Shown in pieces: positions 62,309-64,000 of a stretch of DNA of 64,000 bases; within the stretch, counting starts at the first letter, position 1, and each line of letters opens with the position of its first letter. This DNA comes from Gammaproteobacteria bacterium (GTDB lineage Bacteria; Pseudomonadota; Gammaproteobacteria; Steroidobacterales; PWYM01). Under the pieces are notes generated by a model. It made no database searches and was not told the origin of the DNA. It saw nothing but the letters and a program-made list of their open reading frames with translations. The stretch lies in assembly GCA_007127715.1 (NCBI GenBank), contig SKYU01000003.1, positions 2,507 to 66,506 on the forward strand, written 5' to 3'. The position numbers were made by a program, and so were the translations under genes.

Positions 62309-64000
62309 ATGGATTTCTTCGCCGCGCAGGAGGCGTCGCTCCGCCGCAGCCGCCGCCTGCTGATGATCTTCGCGCTCGCCTGCCTGCTGATCACCGCAGC
62401 GGTGGTCCTGGTCATCGCCATGGTGGCGGCCTTCCTGGACGGTACGGCCGAGGTGCTGTTCACCTCGCCGGGCCGGTGGCTGCAGGCCCGCCCGGGCCTG
62501 CTGGTCACGACGACCGTGTTCACGCTGGGGCTCATCGTCCTTGCCAGTGCCTGGCGCATGGCAAGACTCTCCAGTGGCGGCGGCGACATCGCGCGCGCAC
62601 TCGGGGCGACCGAGATCCCGCCGGATACCCAGGACCCGCTGCGAGTGCGGCTCAGAAACGTCGTCGAGGAAATGGCCATTGCCTCGGGCGTACCTGTCCC
62701 GGAAATCTACGTGCTCGAAAACGAACCCGGCATCAATGCCTTCGCCGCCGGCTATTCCCCGGGCGACGCCGCGATCGCCGTGACCCGTGGCTGTCTCGAA
62801 CAGCTCGACCGTGAAGAACTGCAGGGCGTGGTGGCGCACGAGTTCAGCCATATCCTCAACGGCGACATGCGACTGAATATCCGGCTCATGGGAGTGCTGT
62901 TCGGCATTCTCGTCATCGGCATGCTCGGGCGCATGCTGCTGCATGGCACGCGGGGCGGCGCCATGCGGGTGCGGGTGGGTGGCGGCAGCCGTTCCGGCGG
63001 TGGCGGTGCGGCGGTGCTGGTCATCCTCGCTGCCGGGGTCGCGCTGATGCTGATCGGCAGCATCGGCGTGTTCTTCGGCCGGCTGATCCGTGCGGGACTG
63101 TCCCGGCAGAGGGAGTTTCTGGCCGACGCCTCAGCCGTGCAGTTCACCCGCAACAACCGCGGCATTGCCGGCGCCCTGCGCAAGATCGGAGGCCTGGACG
63201 CCGGTTCGCATTTTGCTGCGACCGATGCCGAGGAGGTCGGGCACATGCTATTCGCACGCGGCAGCACCGCCTTCCGCTCGATGTTCGCCACCCACCCGCC
63301 GCTGGCGGCACGCCTCGCCGCCCTCGGCGATCCGCGCGGAGCGGGCGCTGCGGCAGCGGCCGGAGCCCCGGCCTCCCCGTCCGGTGGCCGCGGCCCCAGC
63401 GCCGAGACAGGACTGACCGCGGGGTTTTCCGCAGCGCAGATCACGGCTTCAGTGGGCCAGCTGGATGCCTCTGGCGTGGCCCATGCCGGCAGGCTGCGCG
63501 AGGGTCTTGCGCCCGACCTGATGGACGCTGCGCACTCGCGCGAGGCTGCGCCACTGCTGCTGCTGGCCCTGCTGCTGCACGAAGACGGCCGCGTACGCGA
63601 GCGCCAGCTCCAGCTGCTCGGCGGCCGGCTCGGGGAGGCCCGTGAACGGCGGGTGGCCGACCTGGCCGGGACACTCGCCTCCGGCCGGCGCAGCGATCGC
63701 CTGCCCCTGCTGGAAATCGCCTTTCCGGCCCTGAAGGAACGTCCCGCCGCGGAGCTGGCGTTTTTCATCGAGCTGGCCGAGCGCCTCGCCGAGGCCAGCG
63801 GCGACATCGAGCTGTTCGAGTACGCGCTGCTCAAGCTGGTGGAGATCTACCTGGACCAGGCGCAGCGTCCGGCGCAGGCCGCCGGCGTGCGTCACCGGGG
63901 CGCGGGTGGCCCGACGGCCATCGCCGAACTGCTGGCCATTGTCGCCGCCCAGGGCCGGGGCGACCCCGTGCAGGCCTACGACGCCGGCCGCGAGGCGTTC
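62309..64000 (+). CDS. M48-family zinc metallopeptidase with long C-terminal extension (partial; continues past window end)
   Basis: Not in the ORF track because there is no stop in the window. My translation from the ATG at 62309 gives MDFFAAQEASLRRSRRLL..., two TM helices, and HEFSHILNGD (HExxH). The frame is open to 64000 (564 codons). Confidence 0.85.
   Translation, partial: MDFFAAQEASLRRSRRLLMIFALACLLITAAVVLVIAMVAAFLDGTAEVLFTSPGRWLQARPGLLVTTTVFTLGLIVLASAWRMARLSSGGGDIARALGATEIPPDTQDPLRVRLRNVVEEMAIASGVPVPEIYVLENEPGINAFAAGYSPGDAAIAVTRGCLEQLDREELQGVVAHEFSHILNGDMRLNIRLMGVLFGILVIGMLGRMLLHGTRGGAMRVRVGGGSRSGGGGAAVLVILAAGVALMLIGSIGVFFGRLIRAGLSRQREFLADASAVQFTRNNRGIAGALRKIGGLDAGSHFAATDAEEVGHMLFARGSTAFRSMFATHPPLAARLAALGDPRGAGAAAAAGAPASPSGGRGPSAETGLTAGFSAAQITASVGQLDASGVAHAGRLREGLAPDLMDAAHSREAAPLLLLALLLHEDGRVRERQLQLLGGRLGEARERRVADLAGTLASGRRSDRLPLLEIAFPALKERPAAELAFFIELAERLAEASGDIELFEYALLKLVEIYLDQAQRPAQAAGVRHRGAGGPTAIAELLAIVAAQGRGDPVQAYDAGREAF

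Overview
GC-rich (about two-thirds G+C by eye) proteobacterial chromosomal segment, densely coding on both strands. I support 59 protein-coding genes and one decayed toxin-antitoxin locus. I saw no rRNA, tRNA, CRISPR array, IS element or integrase. All family calls are by-eye motif recognition, not database searches. Left part (1-22.6 kb): a PotFGHI-like polyamine ABC importer, an AAG-type DNA glycosylase, esterases, a Xi-class GST, an MFS transporter and an Fe/Mn SOD. It also holds a PrnB-like heme enzyme coupled to a kynureninase-like PLP enzyme, a TonB-dependent receptor/amidohydrolase operon, and a divergent pair of NTF2-like paralogues, one fused to DUF885. Centre (22.6-40.5 kb): a CoA-dependent catabolic island. 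It contains an acyl-CoA synthetase flanked by two ABM monooxygenases, an acyl-CoA dehydrogenase, a family III CoA-transferase, SDRs, a GST, two Rieske oxygenases without beta subunits, a Rieske ferredoxin, an HMGCS-like::DUF35 fusion with an SCP2-type thiolase, and a TonB-dependent receptor. Four promoters in this island share an oriented 18-19 bp operator, AAACAGTC-NN-G(A/C)(C/T)TG(C)TTT. No transcription factor gene is visible anywhere in the window. Right part: an rSAM/selenodomain-associated (arsenosugar-type) gene set with TVP38 and a MerA-like flavoprotein, deaD, and a deleted MntA/HepT module. The most unusual element is a tightly coupled ten-gene minus-strand operon (60273 to 50705). 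It joins ExbB-ExbD-ExbD and a TonB-like protein with an AgmX/PglI-type tail to three TPR proteins, two small secreted unknowns and a TlpA-like thioredoxin. This architecture looks more like an Agl-Glt 'core' than a canonical TonB or Tol system. The window ends with apbE, lemA and a partial M48 peptidase.
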